From positions 1 through 54,320 of the IMG/VR virus record IMGVR_UViG_3300008255_000157: 54,320 nucleotides of DNA, one strand, 5' to 3'. This document shows positions 1 through 8,343 of this stretch, piece by piece. Numbering within the stretch: the stretch's first letter is position 1; each line of letters starts with the position of its first letter. Both the position numbers and the translations under genes were made by a program. Source of the DNA: a virus. Lineage: Duplodnaviria > Caudoviricetes. The notes under the pieces are model-generated. The model did not search any database. It was not told the DNA's origin and was given only the letters and a program-made list of their open reading frames with translations.

Positions 1-71
1 CGCGCTCAGCGAAGCGCGGCTCCATTGAAGCGATTCCAGCGCGCGGCACCACGCACATACCGTTCTACGAC

Positions 72-112
72 GCGCCCGGGTGGTACCTCTACGCCGCCCG
101 GGCGTTTCTTTT
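72..112 (+). terminator. Intrinsic terminator (could end the primase transcript if the genome is circularly permuted)
   Basis: GCGCCCGGGTGG (72-83) pairs with CCGCCCGGGCGT (94-105), followed by TTCTTTT. Confidence 0.6.
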
Positions 113-208
113 GGCCCAGGCCTCGCAGATCGGGCTCAGGGCCGACACGGGCCAACGTCGCGCCTCGTCCGAGGCCCAGCGATCGCCCTAACGGATAGAG
201 CCGAAATC

Positions 209-237
209 TTGACTTTACCCAGTTCCGTCGCTACTGT
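209..237 (+). promoter_or_regulatory. Sigma70-like promoter upstream of the late operon
   Basis: TTGACT (209-214), 17-nt spacer, TACTGT (232-237). Confidence 0.65.
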
Positions 238-321
238 CGAGGCGGCTCAGTCCCCAGCGCAGTGTCAGGCCACCTCGCGGAGCAGTGAAACTACTACGCG
301 AAGCCTTGCGCAAAGGTTCTG

Positions 322-358
322 GCGGCCGGAACGCCTCCATGTTCCGGCCGTTTTTTTT
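322..358 (+). terminator. Strong intrinsic terminator between the promoter and the first gene
   Basis: GCGGCCGGAAC (322-332) pairs with GTTCCGGCCGT (341-351), then a T8 run. Confidence 0.75.
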
Positions 359-374
359 CTCTCCGGAGCCAACC

Positions 375-689
375 ATGCTCGAGCGATCGATCACGGACCA
401 GATCATGGATCTGCTGGAGCGGATCCCAGCATCGGTCGTGCTCAAGCTCCACGGCAGCCGGATGCAGAGTTCGGGCTGGCCCGACGTTTTTTTCAGCTGC
501 GCCGCGATCGCTGGCCGATCGGTCTGGATCGAGGTGAAAAAGCCGGGTGAGAAGCCGCGCCGCTTGCAGCAGTACCGGCTGAAACAGCTGCGTGGCGCGA
601 AAGCAATAGCGATATCGGTTGACACGGTCGGGGATGTGCGCGATATGCTGAGTCGCATCGGCATTACACCCCCACCCGTGGAGGACTGA
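375..689 (+). CDS. VRR-NUC domain (PD-(D/E)XK) nuclease / Holliday junction resolvase-like
   Basis: Motifs E..I, G.PD, WIEVK.PG.K...LQ; GGAG RBS at 365-368 favours ATG 375. Confidence 0.85.
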   Translation: MLERSITDQIMDLLERIPASVVLKLHGSRMQSSGWPDVFFSCAAIAGRSVWIEVKKPGEKPRRLQQYRLKQLRGAKAIAISVDTVGDVRDMLSRIGITPPPVED

Positions 690-690
690 G

Positions 691-1248
691 ATGAAGCTGC
701 TGCTTGCGTTCGTTCTTGCTATTGGTGTTGCGGGCTGCGCCGGATTCTTCGAGCGCAAGGTCGATCAACGCGACCAGCGCATTACCACGCTCGAGTACGA
801 GCTGGAGCAGACCAGAACTGCTCGACTCGAGGCGTTGCGCCGAGCCGAAGCTGCGGATACCGCCGCGACTCAGGCCACGAACGAGGCGGCTCAGGCCTGG
901 GCCGAGGCCGATGCGCAACGGGCGATGGTTGCCGCAGCCACGACCGATGCGGAACGGCAAAGGGCAAGCGCGGCCGTGGCCGTTGCCGAGGCGAAGCGCC
1001 AAACAGCAATTGCCGCGGCTCAGGCACGCATGGCTGAGGCGCTGCGGCAACGCGAGCTGGCGGCGAGTGCAGAAACCTCGGAGGGTGAGACCGAGGCAAA
1101 GATCGAGGATGAAGAGGCGAAGCGCGAGACCGAGGTGGCGGGCGTGATTGGAGAGCAGCAGAATCGGCAAGCTCTGTTGATGGCGATCATCGCTTCGATC
1201 GCTGGCGGACTCAGAACCGCGACCGTGCTCGCGGGGAAAGCGACGTGA
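691..1248 (+). CDS. Lipoprotein with coiled coil and C-terminal hydrophobic segment; candidate unimolecular spanin
   Basis: Signal peptide with lipobox VAG-C16, Ala/Glu/Arg-rich helical body, C-terminal ALLMAIIASIAGGL; next to a holin-like gene. Confidence 0.6.
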   Translation: MKLLLAFVLAIGVAGCAGFFERKVDQRDQRITTLEYELEQTRTARLEALRRAEAADTAATQATNEAAQAWAEADAQRAMVAAATTDAERQRASAAVAVAEAKRQTAIAAAQARMAEALRQRELAASAETSEGETEAKIEDEEAKRETEVAGVIGEQQNRQALLMAIIASIAGGLRTATVLAGKAT

Positions 1249-1250
1249 TC

Positions 1251-1523
1251 ATGGCGGTAGCAGACGCGTTTACGGGCTGGAGCAAAAAGCTGGTCGCCAC
1301 CCTCGTGGCAATGGCGATTATCCTCCTGAACCGTAGGTTCGAGCTCGGTCTTGACGATACCGAGATCTGGGCACTGGTCGGTGTGGCCGGTGCCTACACG
1401 GTCGGTCAGGGACTGGCCGATGTCGGCAAGTCGAAGGCGCTGCTCGATCAGAAGAAACCGACCACCACCTACGTGGTCAACGCCAGCGTTCCGGATCCGA
1501 ATAGCGCGCCGCCCAAGCCATGA
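1251..1523 (+). CDS. Holin-like two-TM protein
   Basis: SKKL-TM1...TM2-AYTVGQGLAD pattern typical of small phage holins. Confidence 0.65.
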   Translation: MAVADAFTGWSKKLVATLVAMAIILLNRRFELGLDDTEIWALVGVAGAYTVGQGLADVGKSKALLDQKKPTTTYVVNASVPDPNSAPPKP

Positions 1524-1834
1524 GCGGGCGCAAGGACGAGAACTGCCTTCGCTACTTGAAGGAAGTCGACGTCGGCACACCTGAAGAAGAGATCGAGCCC
1601 GGCGAGGAGAGAACAAGACTTCTTCGCATGGCGACGATCGGACCGAACGTGTGGCAGCGCAGCATGTGGGTCTGCCACATCTGCAAAGCACTCATCGACA
1701 TTCGATGTGGGTGTAAGAAGTGCGGATCGGAACGCGCCGTTGACGCACCGACCTACACGGTAGAAAAAACGAAAGAGTTCGATGCTTTCCTTGCCCTGAG
1801 CGACGAGGCGTACGCTCAGATCAACGGAGAGTAG
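1520..1834 (+). CDS. Hypothetical Zn-finger protein
   Basis: CHIC...CKKC; ATGA overlap with the previous gene. Confidence 0.65.
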   Translation: MSGRKDENCLRYLKEVDVGTPEEEIEPGEERTRLLRMATIGPNVWQRSMWVCHICKALIDIRCGCKKCGSERAVDAPTYTVEKTKEFDAFLALSDEAYAQINGE

Positions 1835-1900
1835 TGATTGCACATCGATCTGGCCTGAAGGTCAGGTCTAAACCAAGGGCCTGATGGCCAGGAGTTCTTC

Positions 1901-2227
1901 ATGGGTATTCCCGTCAATCCCGACAGTGTCGGGTCGTTCGCTGACGCCGCCGGTGCCGGCGCCACCTACACACTGGTCGTGTTGCCGGCCGGCAAGGACG
2001 CCAACGTCGATGGGATCGCGACCGCGCTCGTCAACGCGTCGATCCCGAACACGGTCGCCAATCCCGAGACGTTTCGACTCGGCGATCACACCGTACCGGC
2101 CTCGCTGCCGAACGGTTCGTACGTGATCCAGGCCAAGGCGCAGAACGGTGCGGTCGACGACTGGTCGCCGCCCGTCGACATCGACTACGACACGGTCGGC
2201 AAGCCCAGCGCGATCACGTTCAGCTGA
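1901..2227 (+). CDS. Small beta-sandwich (Fn3/Ig-like) protein, possible virion decoration
   Basis: AGGAG RBS; L..GSY.I.AKA.NG..WS.P pattern typical of Fn3 C-terminal strands. Confidence 0.6.
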   Translation: MGIPVNPDSVGSFADAAGAGATYTLVVLPAGKDANVDGIATALVNASIPNTVANPETFRLGDHTVPASLPNGSYVIQAKAQNGAVDDWSPPVDIDYDTVGKPSAITFS

Positions 2228-2233
2228 CAACCA

Positions 2234-2427
2234 GTTGACTAAGGTCAACGGGCTGGTGGTGCGTGGGTGCGCTGTCCAGATTGCAACTGGGTAGACAACA
2301 CGCACTGCCGGCCACCTATCGATTCGAGCCATGCTGAAACGAGCCGACCACAGCACGCCACGGGTTCCAAGGAAAGGACGCTGCGAAGTGATTCAGATCT
2401 GGTACCCGGTCGAGTGCTTGGAACCTG
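2234..2427 (+). ncRNA. Candidate structured non-coding RNA
   Basis: Hairpin 2234-2249; 15-bp stem 2251-2265/2299-2313 with three G-U pairs; inner stem with a 7-nt loop; GGTTCCAAG/CTTGGAACC stem. Confidence 0.4.
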
Positions 2428-2445
2428 AGCCAATGGAGGAAGACG

Positions 2446-2883
2446 ATGACAGAACAAGAATGGAGCCGGTGTACGAAGCGGATAAGAGTGACGAGTGACG
2501 GGACAGAAAATGGGTCGAGGATCGTTGACGCGGAAACTGGTGAAAGTCTCTCACTGCCCTGTGATGAGATCGAGATAACGATCAAGGATGGGGAGCGCAC
2601 TCGTATCGCGATGTACATGCCATCCTTTGTCGATGTCGAGGTCGATACGATCGGGGATATGGTCATGACCGTCGATGATGAAACGGCCAAAGCAATGCAG
2701 GCGGTCGAGGCTGGTGAGATCGCGCTCGATAAGTCGATCGAGGATGCAGTCGCTGATTACGAGGCAGGGAGCGATCGCGAAATGAGTCCCACCGATCGGT
2801 ATCATCTCGTCGAACACCTGAAGCGACGCATTCGCGAACTCCCCGATGACGAGGAGAGTGACGATGGGAGTGACGATGTGTGA
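2446..2883 (+). CDS. Hypothetical acidic protein
   Basis: GGAGG RBS, 145-aa ORF. Confidence 0.7.
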   Translation: MTEQEWSRCTKRIRVTSDGTENGSRIVDAETGESLSLPCDEIEITIKDGERTRIAMYMPSFVDVEVDTIGDMVMTVDDETAKAMQAVEAGEIALDKSIEDAVADYEAGSDREMSPTDRYHLVEHLKRRIRELPDDEESDDGSDDV

Positions 2884-3238
2884 GTGGGGCGACACCGTCA
2901 ACGTCGAGGTCTTTGTCCCGTCCGATCTGTCATGCACACACATAGGTCGGATCGCGATCAAACCGATCGATCGTTGCATATCCGATCTCGTCAAGGCACT
3001 GCAGGCCGCCAAGATCTGGACCAGGTCGTCGTGCTGCGGTCACGGCAAGGGCGATGGCGAGATCCTGCTCCAAGACGGGCGGGCACTGATCATCAAGGGA
3101 TCGGTGCGACCAGAGACGTATCATGATCAGATCCGAGAATCGGCGGAGAAGATCGATGCTGTTCTGGATCGGCTCAAGCGTTGTGAATGCACGGCTCAGA
3201 GTCGTTACTTGAACTGTCCCATTCACGGAGATTCGTAA
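2876..3238 (+). CDS. TYW3-like hypothetical protein
   Basis: IDRCISDLVKAL...TRSSCCGH resembles the TYW3 D..I..L...N...TxSSCxG motif; GGGAG RBS. Confidence 0.55.
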   Translation: MCEWGDTVNVEVFVPSDLSCTHIGRIAIKPIDRCISDLVKALQAAKIWTRSSCCGHGKGDGEILLQDGRALIIKGSVRPETYHDQIRESAEKIDAVLDRLKRCECTAQSRYLNCPIHGDS

Positions 3239-3459
3239 TGAGCGAGGAGAAACTCGAACGCGTCGAGATCCGAATCAACGCAGTGACCGGGTTCATTCAC
3301 TTCAGGTACCGTTGGGAGGGCTGCAACGTCGACGGGTCGGACACGCATGACGAGGACGTCACGGATTGGCTCGACGACGAGATCAAGCAGTGCGTGATCG
3401 ATAGCCTCGGCGAAGAGGCAAGGTCGGTCGTCGAAGAAGCGGAGATCATTTGGGGATGA
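3238..3459 (+). CDS. Hypothetical protein
   Basis: TAATG translational coupling, GGAG RBS. Confidence 0.65.
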   Translation: MSEEKLERVEIRINAVTGFIHFRYRWEGCNVDGSDTHDEDVTDWLDDEIKQCVIDSLGEEARSVVEEAEIIWG

Positions 3460-3725
3460 ACGACGACGTACCACCCATCGCCGGCGTTGAGATGCCGGCC
3501 GAAAGCGACGAGCTGGAGCAGTGGCTTGCCAAGGTTCGAGAGAAGCAGATCAAGCTCGCAGCGTCGATGGAGCAGGCGATCGAGAAGGTGCGGGAGTGTA
3601 AGCTCGTCATGGACGGGCTGTCTGCTCGGATCACACGAGCTACGCAGGAACTATCAACGCTCAGCGATCGACTGCGCAAGGTCGAGAACGATCTGTCACG
3701 GCAACGGGGCCCGCGCGGCCTGTAG
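3456..3725 (+). CDS. Hypothetical coiled-coil protein
   Basis: ATGA overlap; heptad pattern. Confidence 0.65.
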   Translation: MNDDVPPIAGVEMPAESDELEQWLAKVREKQIKLAASMEQAIEKVRECKLVMDGLSARITRATQELSTLSDRLRKVENDLSRQRGPRGL

Positions 3726-3736
3726 CGAGGAACGAA

Positions 3737-5956
3737 ATGCCACGGGATCGGATCAAAGAGATTCGCTCAGTGAAGGCGTCGGAACTGATCGCGAACGAAC
3801 GCAACTTCCGCGTCCATACCGATGCGCAACGCGAAGCCATGACCGGCATCCTCGAAGAGGTCGGCAATGTCGACGTGCTGAAGGCGATCGAGACCGACGC
3901 CGGGCTCAAGCTCATAGACGGTCACCTGCGCCGTGACCTGCTCGCGGACGAAACAGTCCAGGTCGCCGTGCTCGACCTCAGCGAGGAAGAGGCACGGAAG
4001 GTCCTGCTTACCTTCGATCGGCTCGGCGCACTCGCCACGATCGATCCGGACGGCATAGCCGCCCTGCTCGCCGATACCGTGCTCGACGATGCCAGGCTCA
4101 ACACCATGCTCGCGGCGTGGCGCGACGAGATCGTGATCCCGGAAGAGACCGATATCGGTGACGATCCGGGCGGTGACGTGCCTGGCAATCCGGACGACGC
4201 GGTCTCGGCACGAGGCGACGTGTGGGTGCTCGGCAATCACCGCCTCATGTGCGGTGACTCGTCCTCGACCGAGGACTTGGACACACTCCTCGCCTATGCG
4301 GGCGTCGACCTGGTCAATACGGATCCGCCCTACAACATCAAGGTCGAGCCACGCTCCAACAATGCGATCGCGGCCGGCCTCAGCTCCTTCCCCATGCAGG
4401 ATCGCAAGAGCGATACGCGCAAGAAAGGCGACGACCACCACCAGCAACTTGACCTGGCACGACACCCGGAGAAGGCGAAGGCGACACATGCCAAGCTCCG
4501 GCCCAAGGACCGACCGCTCGAGAACGACTTCGTCACCGACGCAGCATTTGACGCACTGCTCGAGTCCTGGTTCGGAAACATCAGCCGCGTGCTCAAGAAG
4601 GGCGGCTCGTTCTACATATGGGGCGGCTACGCGAACTGCGCCAACTACCCACCCGTCCTGATCAAGCACAAGCTCTACTTCGCCCAGGCCATTATCTGGA
4701 TCAAGGAGCACCCGGTTCTGACCCGCAAAGACTTCATGGGCAATCACGAGTGGTGCCAGCCCGCCGGGGTTCAGGTCCTGACGCCTCACGGCGAGGTCCC
4801 GATCGAGAGCCTGCGCGACGGGGACCGCGTCGTCTCGTTCAGCCACCACCAGAACGCGATGATCGGCGTGGGGCGCGGCGCTCCAGTGACGCGAACGTCT
4901 CGCCCGTACCGCGGGCCCCTGCTCGGGGTCGCCGTCGGAAAGCAGGAGACGTGGTGCACACCCGGTCACCTGTGGACCGTGCGGCTCGCCGAGCGCGCGG
5001 CCGACATGTGGTGCGTGTACCTGATGAAGAAGGGCGAATGGTGGCGTGCCGGCAAGTCCAAGCTCATCACCACCTGCGGTTTCGGCGTGAAGCAGCGGCT
5101 CTACACCGAGAGGGGCGAGGCGGCGTGGATCCTCTCCATCCACGAGTCGAGTCTCGAAGCGGCTCTCGAAGAGCAGATCATCCTCGCCGAGTACGGGATT
5201 CCGCTCGTGACCTGGTCCGAGTCGACGTCCTCTCTACGAACGATCTCCGACATCAGCATGCTCTACGAGCGCCTCGACCTCGACCGGATGCGCGAGGGCG
5301 CGTTCCGGGCGCTGGCGGATCACGGCCGCTTACTGGACTACCCGCTGATCACTGACCGCAGATCCCGCGTCAAGGTGAGCCGACGCGTCTCAACCCTCGT
5401 ACGTGCCTGCAACTTGCTACCCGGCGTGATGCTCGTCCCGCGACTCGGACCGAACCGCAGCGTGCGGGCGAGCTGGGAGCTGGTCGACGCGATCGACCGG
5501 CAACCGTTCGAGGGCGACGTGTACTCGATGGACGTGGCGAAGCACGGACACTACGTCGCCGACGGGATCGTGACGCATAACTGCTTCTACGGCTGGAAGG
5601 AAGGGGCCGGCCACAAGTTCTACGGCGCCGCCAATGTCACCGACACGTGGAGCGTGAAGAAGGTCAATCCGCAATCCATGATCCATTTGAGGGAAAAACC
5701 AGTCGAGCTGGCGAAGAGGGCGATCGAGTACTCGTCGAAGCATGGCGATACCGTGCTCGACCTGTTCGGTGGTAGCGGATCTACTCTGATCGGAGCAGAG
5801 CTAACGGGTCGGAACGCACGGCTCATGGAGATCGATACGCTCTACGCGGACGTCATTGTCGAACGGTGGCAGACCATGACCGAAAAAGACGCTACACTCG
5901 AAGGGACAGGGCAGACCTTCGCCGAGGTCAGAGCAGAACGAGCAGAGTCAAAATAG
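3737..5956 (+). CDS. ParB-like domain fused to a beta-class N6-adenine/N4-cytosine DNA methyltransferase, intein-containing
   Basis: N-terminal N.R.H...LIDGHLR; HRLMCGDS; TDPPY (motif IV) precedes LDLFGGSGST (motif I). Confidence 0.92.
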   Translation: MPRDRIKEIRSVKASELIANERNFRVHTDAQREAMTGILEEVGNVDVLKAIETDAGLKLIDGHLRRDLLADETVQVAVLDLSEEEARKVLLTFDRLGALATIDPDGIAALLADTVLDDARLNTMLAAWRDEIVIPEETDIGDDPGGDVPGNPDDAVSARGDVWVLGNHRLMCGDSSSTEDLDTLLAYAGVDLVNTDPPYNIKVEPRSNNAIAAGLSSFPMQDRKSDTRKKGDDHHQQLDLARHPEKAKATHAKLRPKDRPLENDFVTDAAFDALLESWFGNISRVLKKGGSFYIWGGYANCANYPPVLIKHKLYFAQAIIWIKEHPVLTRKDFMGNHEWCQPAGVQVLTPHGEVPIESLRDGDRVVSFSHHQNAMIGVGRGAPVTRTSRPYRGPLLGVAVGKQETWCTPGHLWTVRLAERAADMWCVYLMKKGEWWRAGKSKLITTCGFGVKQRLYTERGEAAWILSIHESSLEAALEEQIILAEYGIPLVTWSESTSSLRTISDISMLYERLDLDRMREGAFRALADHGRLLDYPLITDRRSRVKVSRRVSTLVRACNLLPGVMLVPRLGPNRSVRASWELVDAIDRQPFEGDVYSMDVAKHGHYVADGIVTHNCFYGWKEGAGHKFYGAANVTDTWSVKKVNPQSMIHLREKPVELAKRAIEYSSKHGDTVLDLFGGSGSTLIGAELTGRNARLMEIDTLYADVIVERWQTMTEKDATLEGTGQTFAEVRAERAESK
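4754..5581 (+). mobile_element. Intein (276 aa) within the methyltransferase
   Basis: Starts CQPAGVQVLTPHG..PIESL..GD.V; block B TPGH; ends VYSMDV...HYVADGIVTHN followed by +1 Cys; removal restores HEW-CFYGWKEG. Confidence 0.93.
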
Positions 5957-5968
5957 TAGGACTTCAAG

Positions 5969-6541
5969 ATGGGACCGGAAGATTTCAGCGCCGACGAACG
6001 TCAGCGAAACCAGCACATCAAGGGGATGTCGCCTAAGTTGATAGCGATGGATCGAGAGCTTCGTTTGCACAAGGCCATAACGATGCGCATGGCTGGTGCG
6101 GACAACTATCAGATCGCGAAAGAGCTGGGCGTGACCGATAGTGCGGTGAGCCACATGATTAGTCGCGAGCTGAAGCGGAAGCGTGACGAGATCAATGAGA
6201 CCGCCGAGGAGATGCGGCAGATCGACTCGATGCGGCTCGAAGCGATCATTCGCAGGTCGTGGTTGAAAGCGTTCCCATCGGACATGACCGCGCCGCTCGA
6301 CTACGACGCTGGCCGGCAGATCATGAACGCTATCGAGAAGCGGTCGAAGATCCTGGGCTACGCCGCGGCGTCGAAGCACCAGGTCGACATCTCACACCTC
6401 CAGTCGCAGATGGGCCTCGTCCTCGAGGTCGTGGCTCGAGCCGTGCCCGACGAAGCCATGCCGAAGGTGTATGCGGCGCTCGAGGAAGCGATCGGGACGC
6501 TACAGCGTAAAGAAGCCGCGTTGGAGTACAGCGGGACATGA
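5969..6541 (+). CDS. terS: Terminase small subunit (HTH)
   Basis: R.AG.....IAKELG HTH; R.KILG motif; immediately upstream of terL. Confidence 0.75.
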   Translation: MGPEDFSADERQRNQHIKGMSPKLIAMDRELRLHKAITMRMAGADNYQIAKELGVTDSAVSHMISRELKRKRDEINETAEEMRQIDSMRLEAIIRRSWLKAFPSDMTAPLDYDAGRQIMNAIEKRSKILGYAAASKHQVDISHLQSQMGLVLEVVARAVPDEAMPKVYAALEEAIGTLQRKEAALEYSGT

Positions 6542-6666
6542 GCGAGATAGTGGTGAAAATCTCGCGATTGTCGTCCACGATTCGTGATTTCCCGACGATG
6601 TGAGACCGGTTTGGTTCGGGTCGTTTTTCGCTCTCCTATTGTGCAGCCCGCCTCGGAGGTTCTGAC

Positions 6667-8343
6667 GTGAACGGGATCGACTACGTCGGTGCCGGCGCAC
6701 TCGACATGTTCCGGTCCATGCTCGGTGCTCGGCTCCCGCACGGTGATCGGCTGCCGTTCGGGAAGATCGCGCGCGACTTCCTCCAGATCCGAACGCTGGA
6801 CAATCGGGTCATCCCGTTTCTGCTCCGACCGATCCAGAAGCGGTACCTCGCCACGAAGCGGCTCGCGCTCATGCGTGGACGCCGGCCGCGGTTCCTGCTC
6901 TTGAAATATCGGCGTGGCGGCTATACCACGGTCGAGCAGGGGCTGTCCTACTACATGGCGAGTCGACGTCGAAACGTCAACGTGCTGACGCTGGCTCAAG
7001 ACATCGACACCACGGCGAAGATCTTTCGGATCGCCAGACTCATGCACGAGCGTGATCCGAAAGCGCCGCCCATCAAGGGGACCGGAAACCAGTACAAGCT
7101 GGAGTTCCCTGGTCTCAACTCGATCTTCTACATCGGCACGGCCGGCGCCCGATCCGTGGCGCGTGGCGAGACGCTGTCGCGGATTCACTGGTCGGAGGTG
7201 GCGTGGTCCTGTAGAGGCGTGAACCAGTACACGAAGCAGCGCGAGATTCTTGCCGGTATCACCGAGGCTGCGAGTGGCGGCGAGGTAGTGCTGGAGACCA
7301 CGCCGCGCGGGTCCGAGTACTTCCGCGACCTGTACATGGGCGCGAAGGCCGGCAAGAACGACTGGACGCCGATCTTTCTGCGCTGGCACGAGGACCCGAT
7401 CAATAGCGTTCCGCTCAACGGCGTGGAGGAGCACCACGCGATCATGGAGGCGCTTGATGACGAGGAGCAGCGCCTTGTCGAGACGAAGGCGGTGACGAGC
7501 GCGAACATCAAGTGGCGACGATTGAAGAAGCGCGAGATCAGCGATCTCTACTATCAGGAGTATCCGGACGACGACGAGACGTGCTGGCTCACCAGTGGTA
7601 CCTCGTTCTTCGACCCGTCCGTGCTGCTCAAGATCCGCGACTACTGCATGTCGCCGCCCCTCGTCGATAACGGGTTCGGCGCGGTAGCGCCGGAAGGATC
7701 GCGTCACCTACCTGGCGGCTACGAGGTGGTGTGGGAGCACCCGCAAGAAGACGTCGACTACTGCATGGGTGTCGACACCAGCGAGGGGCTGCCGGGTAGG
7801 GATCCGAACGGGCTCGGTGTGATGAGACGAGACAATGGCAAGCAGGTCTGCGCGGTTCACGGCTTGTTCGGAGTGCGCGTCCTGGCCGAGCACGTGTGCC
7901 GCATCGCTCGTCGCTACAACGACGCACTGGTTGGTGTGGAGCGCGAGAACCACGGCCACGCCGTGATCTCGAAGATCATCGATCTCGGCTACGACAAGCC
8001 GCACCACAGCGGTGGGTCGTTCTACTATCACTCGCTGCAGAACAGCTCGATGATCGATGATCGGCCCGTGACTCGAGCCGGGTGGTCAACGAACTCGATC
8101 ACCAGGCCGGTCATGCTCGAGGATCTACGGGATTGGCTCGAGGCAGATGGTGCGATCGACCGCTGCATGGACCGGCAGTTTCTGTCCGAATGCCTCGTGT
8201 TCCGGCTGCAAGAAGATGGGAAGTTCAGCGCGGACTCGGGCAGTCACGACGACGCTGTCATGAAGTGGGCGATCGCCAACGCGATGCGCACCGTGGATTG
8301 GCGGCGGTCCCGGGTCGGCGTGGTCATGAACCGCTGGCAGTGA
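6667..8343 (+). CDS. terL: Terminase large subunit
   Basis: Walker A variant LLKYRRGGYTT, Walker B IHWSEVA, ETTPRG coupling motif, RNase H-fold GVDTSEG / VERENHG / HDD. Confidence 0.93.
   Translation: MNGIDYVGAGALDMFRSMLGARLPHGDRLPFGKIARDFLQIRTLDNRVIPFLLRPIQKRYLATKRLALMRGRRPRFLLLKYRRGGYTTVEQGLSYYMASRRRNVNVLTLAQDIDTTAKIFRIARLMHERDPKAPPIKGTGNQYKLEFPGLNSIFYIGTAGARSVARGETLSRIHWSEVAWSCRGVNQYTKQREILAGITEAASGGEVVLETTPRGSEYFRDLYMGAKAGKNDWTPIFLRWHEDPINSVPLNGVEEHHAIMEALDDEEQRLVETKAVTSANIKWRRLKKREISDLYYQEYPDDDETCWLTSGTSFFDPSVLLKIRDYCMSPPLVDNGFGAVAPEGSRHLPGGYEVVWEHPQEDVDYCMGVDTSEGLPGRDPNGLGVMRRDNGKQVCAVHGLFGVRVLAEHVCRIARRYNDALVGVERENHGHAVISKIIDLGYDKPHHSGGSFYYHSLQNSSMIDDRPVTRAGWSTNSITRPVMLEDLRDWLEADGAIDRCMDRQFLSECLVFRLQEDGKFSADSGSHDDAVMKWAIANAMRTVDWRRSRVGVVMNRWQ

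Noticed and set aside
243-320. Known riboswitch or hammerhead ribozyme in the late leader
   Set aside because: A GAAA is present, but the hammerhead CUGANGA core and the c-di-GMP-I consensus are not matched
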